From the NCBI RefSeq assembly GCF_009914755.1, contig NC_060929.1: DNA of 64,000 bases. One strand, given 5' to 3'. Each line of letters begins with the position of its first letter. Position 1 is the stretch's first letter. Source of the stretch: the human T2T-CHM13v2.0 reference genome, Homo sapiens. The notes beneath the pieces are model-generated. The model saw only the letters and a program-made list of their open reading frames with translations, was not told the DNA's origin and did not search any database. Below, one piece after another: positions 42,566 to 57,344 of the stretch. The translations under genes were made by a program, and so were the position numbers.

Positions 42566-45500
42566 TTAGAAACTTACATGTCATCACTGCAGAAGTCTGA
42601 AACAGCTGCTTCATTCCTCTAGTATTGGAACAGATCGTGTCTTCTTTGATGAGTCACCAGATGCCAGATGTAGTAATTTGCTTGTTTTTAGGGGCAGTCA
42701 TCAGAATATATGTATATAATGAAATGCCAGAATCATTTGAATATGGCAGGAGACTCTGTGATAAAGATATGGGGGACTGAGCTTGACTGAATGTCAAGTC
42801 TTCTCTCATGCTCATCCTAGGGTCCAGGCTGTTTAAATTGTGTTCATGTATATTTATATGTATTTCGGTGTGTACATGTTTAGTTGCCGAGGTTGAGTTA
42901 TTTGCAGCAAGGATATGCTGTTGAATCCACACAAGTTAAATATGTGTAGCACATTCAATGCCAGAAAGAGACAAGAAGAGGGATGAGGACTGGATACTTC
43001 GCATTGCTGGAATGGACCATGTTCTTTCTTACTTCCAAATCTTTGAGTATGTGGTTCTGTCTTCCTACTTCGTTAGTCTACTTTACTCTTTCTTAGCTCC
43101 AGTTCTTTCACTAGCTCTTAATATAAATCCCTTCTTCCAGGAAGCCTTCTTTCCTTCTTTGATTGCCTAAATCTATGTGAGATGTCCCTCCTGTATGCTT
43201 CTGAATGATTGTGAATGTTTCCTATCAAAGCCTTTCTTGTTCTGTAATGTGATTTCTTGGTGACTTGGCTCTCTTTCACTAGGATAGGAATTCCAAGAGA
43301 ATAAGAACCTTATCTATCTAGTTGATTGAGCTTGTGTGCCAGACACTGTGCTGGACAGTGACGATAGAACACCATATGTGTGTTGAATAATCGAATAAAT
43401 GCACAAATTAAAAAGTTAAGTGCCAAGAGAGAATTAACTCTTGAGTTTTATCTACAGAGAGATGCAATTAAAAAACATCTCAAAAAATGTGCATTTTTTT
43501 CCCCCATCCACTATTATTGTCAATGGTATCAGATGTGATTTGGGGTAGTTTCTAAGAGATTTTAAGAATTCTAGACTCTAGGGTAATGTTCTCTAATGCA
43601 ACACTATGAAGACAAATTGTGCCTTTTGTTTATGTGCAAACTTTGGTTGTCACTCCAGGCCTTGGGTGTCTTAAAGAAGGAGCCTGGGGCTTGTTAGTTA
43701 TTGAAAGCCAGTTATTCCAAGGTGAACCTGCAGTTCTCATATGACCTAGGAGGAGGACTCAAGGATGGACTCAGGCAGGAGAGATGGCAGGTTGCGAAAG
43801 CACACCAATGCTGGGTGGGCAGAATGTCTTCTGAGGCATGGGTGGGTGGTGCAGGAATCCAGCCAGAAATGCACACCATTAAAATCATCAAGAGACCACT
43901 CAAAAGTGTAGGTAATCCAGAGTCTGCATTTAGATGGAGTGAAGTGCAGTGGAAAGAGCAATAACCCAGGAATTCAGAGACCTGAGCTCTAATTCCACCT
44001 TGACTAGTAACCAGTCCTATGCCTTTCACAAACCACCTTTCTTTTCTAGCTTCATTTTCTCTTTCTGTAAAATGAGGGTAACTGGGCCACCCCCTAAATT
44101 TAAAGTCTAGATTTCTCTGTAGGCAACAGGCACCAGGGCACTGTGGTAGCTGGTTGGTCAGTGGGAGGCTTTGAAACAGGGTTCCCTGCACATATTTTTT
44201 ATGCTTTTTAAGTATGATTGCAAGTAAGAAGTTAAATAAGAAACAGGGTGGGGGAAGCAACATAGTTCTTCACAAAGGTGGTACATTTTGAAGTTAAAGA
44301 TAAAACCATCAGGAGAAGATTTGTTTAAATTCAACAATCCTCACTGGTATTTTATTTTCACAATATATTTGGACAAAGGTTTGGACAAGTGATACAGAAA
44401 ACATGTTGAGCATATTAGAGTTAGAGAAGGGGTCCAACTTAGGCCATCTGGGAACTCTCTCTGGAGGAGGTAAGAGCTTATCTGGGCCTGCAAAGAAGAA
44501 AAGGACTTCGACTGATGATTCTAAAGTGGGAGGGAAGGCAGACAGAATCTTCCAGATTGAGGGAACACCACAAAGAACCAGAGCTTTACGTGCTCAGAGT
44601 GATGGATTTAGATGCATTGTTAAATATTACCGACATTCCCATTTTTTGAGCAGTGGCCTGCACTGTGCTAAGTGATATTTACATGTATTATCTCCTACAG
44701 TTGCCCAAACTACCCTCACAGGTCTTTTTCATTACTGCCTCTGGTGTTGAATGAGGCCAGGTGGAGATGTAGGAAAAGTAAACATTTTGCCCCTAAGCAT
44801 ACAGTTAAAGTCAGAGAGTGAACTCTGAATCCTCAAATCCAGATCTTCTATCAGGTAATGATGACTACAGTGTTTCTTATTTTGTTAGGTGTAAATATGG
44901 TCAGAATGCCTTCCAATCTGTTTTAGTGATAGTATAGTTATTGAGCTTTCCTTAGTTTACACATTCACAAGTGTTTTTGAAGCACTGAAGTTCCTGTGCT
45001 GAATCAGATTGTGTGGTCAGCAGTGTGATCTGAGGACCCTATAGTGTGTAGGGTAGGGTGTGACAAGTTAAAGAGGGTGGACTCTGTAGCCAGTTTGTCT
45101 GTGACTATCTTCTGTGTGACTCTGAGAATGTCCCCTGGCCTCTCTAAATCTAAATTTTAACATCCATTAAAGTAGGTGATGAGGATTAACAATATATTTA
45201 AAATTTTAATACAAATATTAACATAGCACAAAGTGCAAATACAATACATGTGGCCAAGGGTTATAATCATCGTCTGCATTATCACATTGAATGGATGAAT
45301 CACTGGACTTAAGCATAAATATCTGAGTTTGCAACTTTTAAAATGTGTGTTGTTTAAAAAGTCAGCTGTAATTCAGGAAATTCAGTTTCTCAACTGTAAA
45401 GTAAGGGTGCTAATAGTCCCTTGCGATGCCGCCATATATCTTAATGAAATGAAGGATGTGGAAATATTTTCAGAAGTACAAAGCCTCATACAGATGTAGG

Positions 45501-48317
45501 TGGTATTTTCCTGATGGTGATCCCCTTGGGGCTCCCTCACTCTTTAGAGCTTCGGAGCACTCCAAGTGTTGGAGGGATGGGGCACAAGTGTTGGCTTTTT
45601 TGTTTGTTTGTTTGGATGTCATTACATTGAAATCAGCCCAAACCATCTCAAGCTCATCCCAGTAGTCCAGAAAGTTTTTAACATTCCCAAGAAGTATTTC
45701 AAACTGGTCAGCCAACTTAAGGTATGTTTATTCATTGTTGTTTCTTGTTTTGTTACTTTTTTGTGGGGAGAGTACACACCAGTTAAAAGTGTACTTTAAA
45801 AATAATACTATTTATGAGCAGTCAGGAATGAACATTTCAGAATGCCTAATGGATTCTGAAATCGTACTGCACTGGAGAACCATCAAGCATACACTTCCAA
45901 ATCAAGAAGGCCTTGGGGAATGAGTTTGCCTCCCATTTCCCTCTCATTCATGCTTAGTAATAAATGGTTTTATTGTGAAGTGGGTAACACAGAAGCACAT
46001 GAGCCTCATGCATTTGAGTATGCGACAGCTCCAAGTGGTGTTGTTTGAAAGAGCATGCTATGTTTAAGTGTAAGTGTAATCAATGTGTGGTGACATTTCA
46101 AGATTGTAGAAATTCAGATTCTGTTTCTGGGTGCAGTATTGAACACCGGATTCAGAAACGACTGTTGTCTCTATCATGCTACACCCTGGCAAATGATTAA
46201 TGTGCTTTTAGCTTAAATAATTGGGAGGGGGGTGCCTCAGGGAATGCTAAACATATATTTAATTGCTATACAAATATGTCATTTCCTTGCTAATTCAAGT
46301 TATGCATGGGAGGTTATATAATACCAGAGAGCCTCCAAGCATGATGTATTGCACCTATAAGCTGAGTCAAGGGACTAACAGGGCCCAGCTGAAGGCAAAA
46401 TATTCTTTGCTAACTCTGTCTTAGCAGATGAAGAATTAGATGTTGAAGCATGACATGGCTTTATAAAAGCAGAATTATTGTTTGGCAGAGAGTATGGTCT
46501 CTAAATAACTTTCTGAGATGTTGGGAAGAAAATGCATTTTCAATAAGAAAAGAGGGCCCAAAAACAACCTCAAGAAAAATATCCTTATTTAGGGGAATGT
46601 GCATGTTGAAGAAGAAATGAGTATTGCCTTTGACACAAAATAAAATATACAAGACGGTGCAGGACATTAGTTTCCCTATGGCCACGTTCATATTATAGCC
46701 TAAAACTGACCTTATTTGTTTTGATACCTACAAAAGCAAAGGTTTCTTTAACTCCAATTCTTGTGTTCTTCCCTTTCCATTTCAACTCTTCATCTCAGAG
46801 AGGGAGAGAGATTCTAAGTAAGACTCAATAGGTATGAAGCTGTGCTAAATTATCTTTTCAGGCTCAGTTGATATTGATGGATTGCCTTGCTTTAAGAGCT
46901 GTGTAAGTTGGATTTCACATTCTGAGGTTACAAAGAGGTCATATTTAAATTTTGGAGTGAGTCTATTTTTTGTTGACACCACCACCAACCTGTGATTCTG
47001 AGTTATCAAAAACAAATGTGTGATAGCCGGGCAAGGCAGCTATTGAGAAATTCAAGAAGTGAGTGGAAGAACTGTATTTTTTTTCTTAAAAAAGCCTCCC
47101 TATGATAGTTTCCTTGAACACTTCTGTTTGTGCCATAGACCCTGGTTCATTAGCAGAAAGACAATAGATGGATTAAACACAGAAGGCAGAGTCATTCAAC
47201 GACCAGATGCCAAGCAAATGGCAATCTTTGGCATATCTAGTGTTCTGATATGGGCAGTAATCAAACGACTATCAGATGTGCCCAATCAGTTGTTATTTCA
47301 TTTGCAAGGGCCTGAAGGTATCATTTAATTTAAAGCACAATGGAATCAGAAATCATTTAATGACTGATTGCTGTTTCTCCTAGAAACTGATTTTGGATTT
47401 GGCAGTCTGAAGACCCCAAAGTGCCAGAGTCTATGCATGGGCTACATTAAAATACAGCTAGGATCTTGAATGAGTTAATTAGACCAGTTCTTCCAACTTT
47501 TTCAGCAATGTTGTGATTCTTCTTGACAAAATAAATGTAACTTCTAAAATTTCCTCCCACTTTTTCTAAACTTCCAATATTTTTGTTCTATAACTTTTAG
47601 CAACTGAAGAGGAATAATAGCAATCCATTAGTATTTTAAATATTTCCCTAAGCCTTTAAACATAATACAGATACTATTTTGAAATATAGAATATCGAGAC
47701 CAGAAGATCTCAATGCCAGCCTTGTAAAATCAATGTTATTTGTACAATCTACTAGGATCTCATTACATGTACATACTGGAAATGTTGATTTGATTCTGTA
47801 ATGAGTGTAAGACAAGGGGAAGGTACAATACAATTCTTATCTAGAGTAAGGCTGACACAGGACTTATACATTGCCTCCCATCACACTCCCACAAATGTAT
47901 ACATGCTCAAATATTTGAATAGGCACAGGTTTTTGAAGCTTCCCCTCTCCAAGCCTTTCAATGATAAACCTCTGCATTTTATTCCCATGGGACTTCTGTT
48001 GGCTACAAAAGCTGGGGGCAACCAGAACCTTAACAATTGTATATTTCTGCAAGATATATCCCTATTTGAAATTGTGCCATGGAGGGCTTGCCCAAAGGTG
48101 GGAAGCTGGAGAAATTCCTGGTCTTTGTCTCACTGGTTAGGGAAGCCATTCATATATCCCCAAACTAGGGTTTCCCTCCTCATACAGAGACTGGATGCCT
48201 ACCCCAGACACTTGGTAAGAAGATTAAAACTCCTACTTTTGAAGAACTGGGACTATCTCCAGAAGGATACAAGTCCAAAGACATCTGGGAGTTATAGTAT
48301 TGTTTGCTTTGTCAGCC

Positions 48318-48568
48318 ACAGTCCCCAGCCTTTTTGGCACCAGGGATCGGTTTCATGGAAGACAGTTTTTCCATGGCCAGGGCAGGAGGCAGGGGAGGCT
48401 GGGGGTGGTGCTAGAGGGTTTCAGAATGAAACTGTCCCACTGATCTGACAGGAGGCAGAGCTCAGGCAGTAAAGCTCACTTGCCCCCTGCTCACCTCTTG
48501 CTGTGTGGCCTCATTCCTAACGGGCCACAGGCTGATACATGTTTGTGTACCAGGATTGGGGACCCCTG
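48318..48568 (-). mobile_element. MER1B with internal deletion
   Basis: GTCCCCAGCCTTTTTGGCACCAGGGA...GATTGGGGACCCCTG. Confidence 0.82.
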
Positions 48569-48728
48569 ATGTATAGTGTAACGATTAAGAACAAAGAGTC
48601 TGAATCCAGATTTCATGTGACCTTGAGCAAGTGATTAAATTTCTGTGCCTCAGTTTCTTCATGATAACAGTTCATACATTAGAAGCTTGTTGTATGACTA
48701 AATAATAGTGGCTGGTATATATTATGTT

Positions 48729-48747
48729 ACACACACACACACACACA

Positions 48748-48749
<2 letters not shown>
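48729..48749. repeat. (AC)10 microsatellite
   Basis: Directly visible. Confidence 0.95.
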
Positions 48750-50226
<1,477 letters not shown>

Positions 50227-50232
50227 TATATA

Positions 50233-50584
50233 CAGTCAGCCCTCTGTATCTGTGGGTTTCCCGTCTGTGTATTCAATCAACCACAGATAGAAAGTATTTA
50301 AAACAAAAAAGAAAAGAAAAAGGATAGTTGCATCTGTACTGAACACGTACAGACTTTTTACTTGTCATTATTCCCTAAACAATACAGTGTAATAACTGTT
50401 TACAAAGCATTTGCATTGTATTAGGCATTAAAAATAATCTAGATATGATTTAAAGTGTATAAGAAAATGTGTGTATATTATATACAAGGACTACACCATT
50501 TTATAAGACACTTGAGCATCTGTGGATTTTGGTATCTGCAGGGGGTCCTGAAACCAATCTGCTGCAGATACTAAGGGATGACTC
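50233..50584. mobile_element. MER2 (TcMar-Tigger)
   Basis: Terminal inverted repeats CAGTCAGCCCTCTGTATCTGTGG ... GCAGATACTAAGGGATGACT. Confidence 0.88.
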
Positions 50585-51180
50585 TCTATATACATGTATG
50601 TGTTTGCTAGTACTATCATATTTTGAAATTTTGCAGGGCAAAAAATATCATCCAAGTCTAATATTTTCTTTTTTGTCGAAATGTTCTTAAATTTTGGACA
50701 AGAATAAACTAATGCCTTGGGAAATGTTGCTGTGATTTCATGAGAAGTTGTTGTGCCACGTTTTAATTCATAGTTAATGTCTAGAGCTTTGTATAAACCA
50801 TTTGAAAAGGTGTTGCAACATGTCCCTGTTAGCAACTTTAGTTCTTTTAGCACTACGTATATTGAATGTATTAGGAGTTTCTCAAATGCAAGAAATACTA
50901 GGTCACACTGATAAAATACTTACCTTTGTATGGCTCCTGTTTCAGACTCTAAGACATTTGCTATCTTGCAGCATTACATTATCATCTCAGTATAACAGTG
51001 ATAGATAGCAACAAGACACTCATATCTACCCCATCCATACATTCAACAAGCATTTTTTGAGGTCCAGACATCAGAAATAAAGTGGTGAAGAATGGACAGG
51101 GTCTTCAACCTCTTAGAGCCTACAGTCTGGTGGGACAAGAAGACACTGAATACATGTGGCAAAAGGAAACTGTGTAGTAG

Positions 51181-51986
51181 TGAAATGGGGAAAGTTCCCT
51201 TGCCCCCTCTTAGGACGTTCCATGAGGGTGTGGCTTGCTTCTTCAGTGTGCACTATTCAAACTTCTAAGGGGAGCATACAGATAGGCAGGTTGTAGGGCT
51301 CTGACTCCATGGCAGTGTCTAGGGGTGAATGTTTACAGCTGAAGGCCCGGGGGGCATGTGTTACAGGGTGCTCTTTTAGTTTAACCATCATAGGCAGCTT
51401 GTGTTAGCTCAATTAGACCTCTGACTTATTGCAAGGACAGAGGCTTTCTGTATCCCAGGGTTCTTGCCTTGGTGTCCCGGAAGAATTGGATCATGTGTCG
51501 GCTTGGAGAATGAGTTCAAGGTTTTATTCAGTGGGAGTAGCTCTCAGCAGATAGGGTAGCCAGAAGGCAGATAGTTTTCCCTTGGAGTCGGGCCCCTTGG
51601 TGGCCTGTGCTCTCCTCTGACTGCCCCAGCCAAACTTTGGGTCATTCTGCTGGTCGGTGGCCTGCCAGCATGCTGGTGCCTGTCAGTGCATTCCTCTCGA
51701 CATCCAGCCACCCATGTGCTCCTCCCGACATCCAGCCACCTGTGTGTCTGCCTGCTTGCTTGGGTCTCGGGTTTTTATAGGCACAGGATGGGGGCGTGGC
51801 GGGGAAATTCAACATTTGGGCAGAAAAACAAAAATGCCTATCCTCACCTAGGTCTGTGGGCACAGGCCCAGGGTTGGAGCCCTAGCCAGGGATCATGCCC
51901 TCCTCTACCCAGCACTTCCCTGCCCCGCTTCCATATCATTTAAAGGGACCACGCCCTTCTCTTCTCAGCATTTCGCTTCTCTATCA
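51181..51986 (-). mobile_element. ERV1 solo LTR (LTR1B-like), antisense, inserted into an L2 relic
   Basis: TG...CA termini; 4-bp TSD GTAG (51177-51180, 51987-51990); minus-strand TATAAAAA (51772-51779) and AATAAA (51523-51528). Confidence 0.88.
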
Positions 51987-52153
51987 GTAGGGAAACCAAG
52001 AGACAGGGACAGGACGGACATGCTTGAATAAATGAAATGTAATTAAGCAGTTCCTTTACTATGTGGTGATCTAAGACCTCAAATGTTAGGGATATTTATT
52101 TTCACAAGAATCCTATAGACTACATTCATACAAGCTTCACGCTGTTTGTGGTA

Positions 52154-52557
52154 CAGTGAAGCCAGCTCACACTGGCTCATGAGAGCCAATTGTTAAATGT
52201 TCAAGAATTTTACCAATAAGTCAGTTGTTAAACAGCTATTATTAAAATTAAATCATTTATAAACATACAGTTAAATAAATTAAAAGATAATAAATACTCA
52301 AAACTCATTTCTTCCTACATTTATGGCTGTTGATGCTCTTGCTGTGATTTAGTTTATTGTATCTGTATAGCGGTGGACGCACCACATGATAGCGTGCTCC
52401 TTTGCATCTCTTCTCTGCTCCATGTAGAGTGAAGTCATGTTAATAGGTTGAAATTGGCCATAGTGAGAGTATTTACACCACAGAAATTGGCAAGCACTAC
52501 AAATTAAGATCATCCGTCTCCCAGAGCCATTGGTAAATAGTTACTAACAAAGTGCTG
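52154..52557. mobile_element. MER63-type hAT-Blackjack element
   Basis: GAAGCCAGCTCACACTGGCTCATGAGAGCCAATTGTTAAA...GAGTATTTACACCACAGAAATTGGCAA. Confidence 0.72.
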
Positions 52558-53356
52558 TCTTACTGCAATGTTTGACATCTAGAGCATCCATCTGCTTCTG
52601 AGATTTAACTGGCTATTCAGATGTTGTGGAATGAGCTGAGAGGAGCCAGAACCAGGAGCCAGGTGACTCAGATTCCAGTACCCACTTTGCTGCTGGTGAG
52701 TTTTGTACTGTGGGTATGCCACTTAACAAATGTTGGTCGTTGACACTCACAAGAGATGGGTAAGACCTGATTCTTTCCCTGAAAAAGGCCACATTCTAAG
52801 CAGTAAAAGACAAAGATGCATCTAACTAATTACATCAATTGTGATTTAATGGTGCTTTGGGAGTCAGACAAGTAAGTCTCATATTGGACACTTGGGAGGA
52901 ATTCATGAGAATACAATATGTGGAGTAGGAACTGAGCAGAATGTATTGGCACACAGTAGGTGGAGGATAACCTTGGCAAGTTATGATTTAGTCATGTCTG
53001 GATCAAGGATGGGAAGCTTTGTTTGGGGGGTGGTGGGAAGTGGCAGTAGTGGATGACGTAAGTTTATAAATTAAGATCAGATTGTGATAAGCAGTTGTGT
53101 AATACCAATGGAGTTTATAAACTATTTTTTACACATTGAGTAATGATCTCTTCAGTACTTTGAACATAATAGCTCCAATAACTGAAGAAGGGGTAAATTA
53201 AAAGGATTAATATATCAGAAAATAGCTGGAAAACCAATTTGGGAATTAACATGATGGAGAAGAGACAATACGAGAGATTGTAAGAGGTAACCTGTACTAA
53301 ACAGTTGATAGTGACCATTACTTATCCACAAAAAGGACAATTATTACATCTATGAT

Positions 53357-53633
53357 CAGGGCCATAATTTAGCTACTTAAGTTCCTAGACATTTTCACTT
53401 TTGGGGGCTCCTTCCTCCACAAAAATATGTGTAAGAATTATATTTTGCAATTGTGTTGGTATAAAAACTAATATGTTAATGTGATATAAAGTATTTTCTT
53501 TGACGTAAGTGTCTGCTTTTTTCCTTCCGATTTTAAAAGAAATTAAAACGTTTGTGTTTTAATTTCATTCCCCTAAAAATATTGTGGCCCTTGGCTTTGT
53601 GCCTGCTGTGCTTTTATGGATGCGCCAATTCTG
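53357..53633 (-). mobile_element. MER96B-like hAT element
   Basis: CAGGGCC start, GGGGCTCCTTCCTCCACAAAAA and GATTTTAAAAGAAATTAAAAC. Confidence 0.65.
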
Positions 53634-53906
53634 TCTCTGACTCATTCAAAAAGTTGATAGCAAAAGAGGGAACATGTTGGGTAAGTTATTGGAAGAAGAG
53701 GAAACACTGTGTAAACATATAGTCTTTTGAGAATTCATATTGGCTAGAACAGGCTTACATAATCATATTGCACTGGTTACTTCCTTTGCTATTGGCTTTA
53801 TCCGTGTATTGAAAAATCACAGTACTGGCTGTATCTGTCCTTAATTTACTGAATGACAGGATGTGTGTGATTATGCAGGGTATGTGCAAGGTAAGTGTGT
53901 GTGCAT

Positions 53907-54446
53907 TGTGGAAATGAGTGAATGCTAAACAAATGGGAGAAGCAAGGGCTATTTATTCTGAGCTTGCTGTCGTAAGAGAGTCAAGCCATCACTTTCATTT
54001 TGGCAGAGACTCAAAGGCAGGCAGAGGGCTTTATAATGGACAAAAGGGAAGACTTTAGGAATGCCTTGCTTGCAGGCTGTGCCATGGAGAAGCTGGATGC
54101 AGCTAACTAGGACTAGGGCGTCCTATGTGATTGGTTAGGATGTATATTTGGCTTTCTCTGGTTGGTCCTAAGTTGGAAGCTGAGACAAAATTAGGGAAGC
54201 TGTCAGTTATTTAATGACGTCCTGGCCATTTTAGGCCAGATTGTTAGAGTTATTGTTTAGCTTCCTGGATTGTCAGTAGAGACAGTAGTCTGGCTTCCTG
54301 CAAGTCTGACTTTTAGCTGGCTGGCTCCATGAGTTGTTTATTGTAGATGGGGGAATGGTTTTCTGGGAAGGTTGCTGCATTTTGTGGGACTCAGTTCTGT
54401 TTTATATATGGTCTGGCCATCATCCATTTGTATATTCAGTCTTTCA
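53907..54446 (-). mobile_element. ERV1 solo LTR (MER67-like)
   Basis: Ends CCATTTGTATATTCAGTCTTTCA; minus-strand AATAAA and CCAAT; imperfect 4-bp TSD GCAT/ACAT. Confidence 0.72.
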
Positions 54447-56088
54447 ACATGTACCAAGCTCTGTGCTAAACTGTACGTCTAATCCTCTTCATGATCCTGT
54501 GAAGAAGGTACTCCAACATTTGCAGAGAGGAAAAGGATCATTAGCGAGGTTACATGATTTGTTAGGAAGGGGTAGAGCCTGGTTTCAGACACATATATAT
54601 CTGTCTGTAGCCTGTGGGCTTTACGACCCTGCCCTACAGGGATACAGCTTCCTTCGTTGCAAAATGAGGAGATAAACTAAGTTAATCTCTAGAGTTCCTT
54701 CTAGGTCAAATTTGCTAATTCAAAACTTGACACAAGGAGTCATCCTACTTAGTTATGACTGTAGTTGGTCTACCAGAGCAACTATTTACTGCCAACACAA
54801 TGATACTATGAGTTTAATTTTGACATATCCATAGGACCTTGAATATGTTCATGTTTCTTCACTTAGAATTTTGAAAACTCAGAAGAACTGAAGTCAAGCT
54901 ACCTGGGTAACTGAACCCTTTTTATGAAGTAAGCCCCGGAGGAGTTGTGCTTCCACACTCTCCCCACCACTGCAATCCATTTTCCCCTGGAACGATTTAA
55001 TTTCATGCACAGAGAGAGATTCGGCGTGGGCAAAGAGAATGCACTATCATGTCATTCAGTCATGTCTGCGATTTCTCAGCTTCTCTCCAGTGCTGTAGAA
55101 ATGATTAATTCCTTGGGAAGGAAGCCAAGAAAATCATGAAAATAGCAAAAATATTTCGACTGCAATTGTGGAGCACATAAACTTGTCAGTGGAGTGATGA
55201 GAAAACTGCTGGGTTGCCTCTCATTAGCAGCAAAATATTTTATTTATATATGTAGTTTTTGTGTGTTTTTATTGTTGCAGGGTGGAGGGTATCAGGAGGG
55301 TTTGGGGCTTAGGTAAGCGGGGTTTTGGAGAGAAAATATTTCATGCCCTTGTTGGACTTCTCAACCGAGGGATGCTGAGCTTTCTGCCAACAGTATTGAT
55401 TGGTTAATATGTTTTGAGTGTTCCGCGGTGTGGAGCATGGTAGGGTAGTTTACAACGTGTGACTTATTGACCTCTGGACAGTATTGTTGAAGCTGTTTCA
55501 AGAGGCAGGCATGTGTGGGAGACAGAAAAAAGAGTGTGTTCTCACAATAATAATGATAGCTTACACTGCCTGACATCTTAGTATATGGCAGGCCTGCTAA
55601 ATGCTGACCATGCACTGTTTCACTGAACCTTCACTGGAACTTAGAAGGACCTACTATTGTGATTCCTATTTCGAATAATTGAGGTGACGTAATTCACCCA
55701 TACCTACAGGTAGTAAGAGATAAAGCTAGGGCTCAGTCCCAGTACTCTGACTCATAAGCCTAAGCACTAGCCATTAGGTCCTACTGCCTCTCAGAAACAA
55801 AGACGACTGGGGCATAAAAAGGGCTTTACAGATATTTTGGTCTGAGGCTTTTAAGGTCTATTTCTAGGAGGTTAAAGGGTCACAAAGGAGCCCTGGAGGA
55901 AAGAGTATTGATCAGGTTCTCATCCCTGCATTAACCTGAGCAGGCTGGCATTTGGGTTATATATTCAGTATCTGGACTTTTTGTAAGATCTCCTTTGGAG
56001 AGCTCATTCCAATAAGGAGGAGGGAGAGAATGAAGTTTGAAAGAAAACTTTTTTTTTCTAGTTTATGTTCTTTATTTTAGGGCAGTCG

Positions 56089-56296
56089 GTCTGCAAACTT
56101 TTTCTATAAAGGATCAAAGAGTAAAAGTTTTATGCTTCAAGGTCTACAGATAATCTCAATTGCATATTCTTTTTTGTTTTGCTTTTTATAAACTTTTAAA
56201 AATGTAAAAACCATTCTTAGCTCACAAGCTATACAACAACAATCCCCAAATTGGATTTGACCCACAGGCTCTGGCTATACTTTTTCCTCTCCGTTC
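56089..56296. mobile_element. MER58-type hAT-Charlie element
   Basis: CTGCAAACTTTTTCTATAAAGG...AAAAATGTAAAAACCATTCTTAGCTCAC...GGATTTGACCCACAGGC. Confidence 0.75.
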
Positions 56297-57344
56297 TAGA
56301 GGACAAATCCAATGTTCAGAGAAGGAAAGTGATTTGCCTGAGGTTACACAGCTGAGACCAGAACTCAAATTGTCCAGAAGAGCTTTACAGGCCCTGTTGA
56401 CCACACTGGGCAGTTGGATGTTCACTGTGACCTGTGGCATGCCAGACACAGTGCTAACTGCTTGGAAGATTAACATGTGGGAAAAGCATCCCTGTCTCCC
56501 CGAGCAGCTTAGAGTCTATGGAGAGACAAGTCTTAAATGTACAAGTTAACCAGCCACGCGGAGCCCTCCTCAAAGCAGTACATAAGTCATTGCCAAACAA
56601 GTGACTGAAATTTTAAATGCCGAGTTCCAAGGAAGCAGGGTAAAATGATTTTTGACAGCTCCCAACCAAGAGCAGGCACAAATTTGATGGGTTTCTGGGC
56701 AAAAGGATCTGTTGTTCTCCATCTCTCTTGCCTATTGAAAAACGGGTTTGAATCTGTCCTGAGGCTGATAAAGAGGCAGGATTTATTAACATAGGGCCCT
56801 TTGCTTCTGGGTCAGCATCCAAACCTTTTTAACCCCTTTATACAAGTGTTCCAGGGAATTTGAAAGCTGTCCCTATGGGCTGGATACATCTCCCCTGAGG
56901 CGCTGCCTGAAGTTCCCTCATTGGTTATTCTTTCTGCTTAGGCATTGGCCTTTGGTTTAACATGCAGATGTGTCATCTGCGAGACCTGACAGTCTGAAGT
57001 GATAGAGTTGTGGGTATTATTCACATGCAAGTGTTAATCAGAGTAATATTATCATCCAGCTAAGCTCTAAGAGAAAGTGCAGTTAAGTTTTACTTGAAGG
57101 GAAAAAGCAGTGGAAAACCCGGAATGAAGAAATGAGTGGGCAGAAAGAGCCTCCCTCTAGGTTTGTTGAGGAATCTATTTAGAATCAGAAAGGCCTGTTG
57201 GGGGAATGTTCTGAACATCTGATGGACAATTGAATGAAATGATCTATTAGTTTTTACCCAGCTCTAGTATTTTATTACTAAGATTGTTGGGAGGGGAGCA
57301 GATGATAAAGGATCCTAGAAAACAAACTTCTTTCTTTATAGTTA

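Noticed and set aside
43712-44263. 183-aa minus-strand ORF
   Set aside because: Non-ATG start, overlaps a MIR fragment, and has no recognisable protein features.
47246-47290. Imperfect hairpin CTGATATGGGCA...TGCCCAATCAG as a pre-miRNA
   Set aside because: The stem is only ~11 bp with a ~22-nt loop and does not extend, too short for a Drosha substrate.
47801-48448. 215-aa plus-strand ORF
   Set aside because: No recognisable homology and it ends inside MER1B. Most likely a chance ORF; Ribo-seq or PhyloCSF support would be needed.
53870-53896. Strong donor AAG|GTAAGT at 53891 with a nearby CAG (12-nt microexon)
   Set aside because: No pyrimidine tract before the candidate acceptor; isolated consensus donors are expected in 60 kb.
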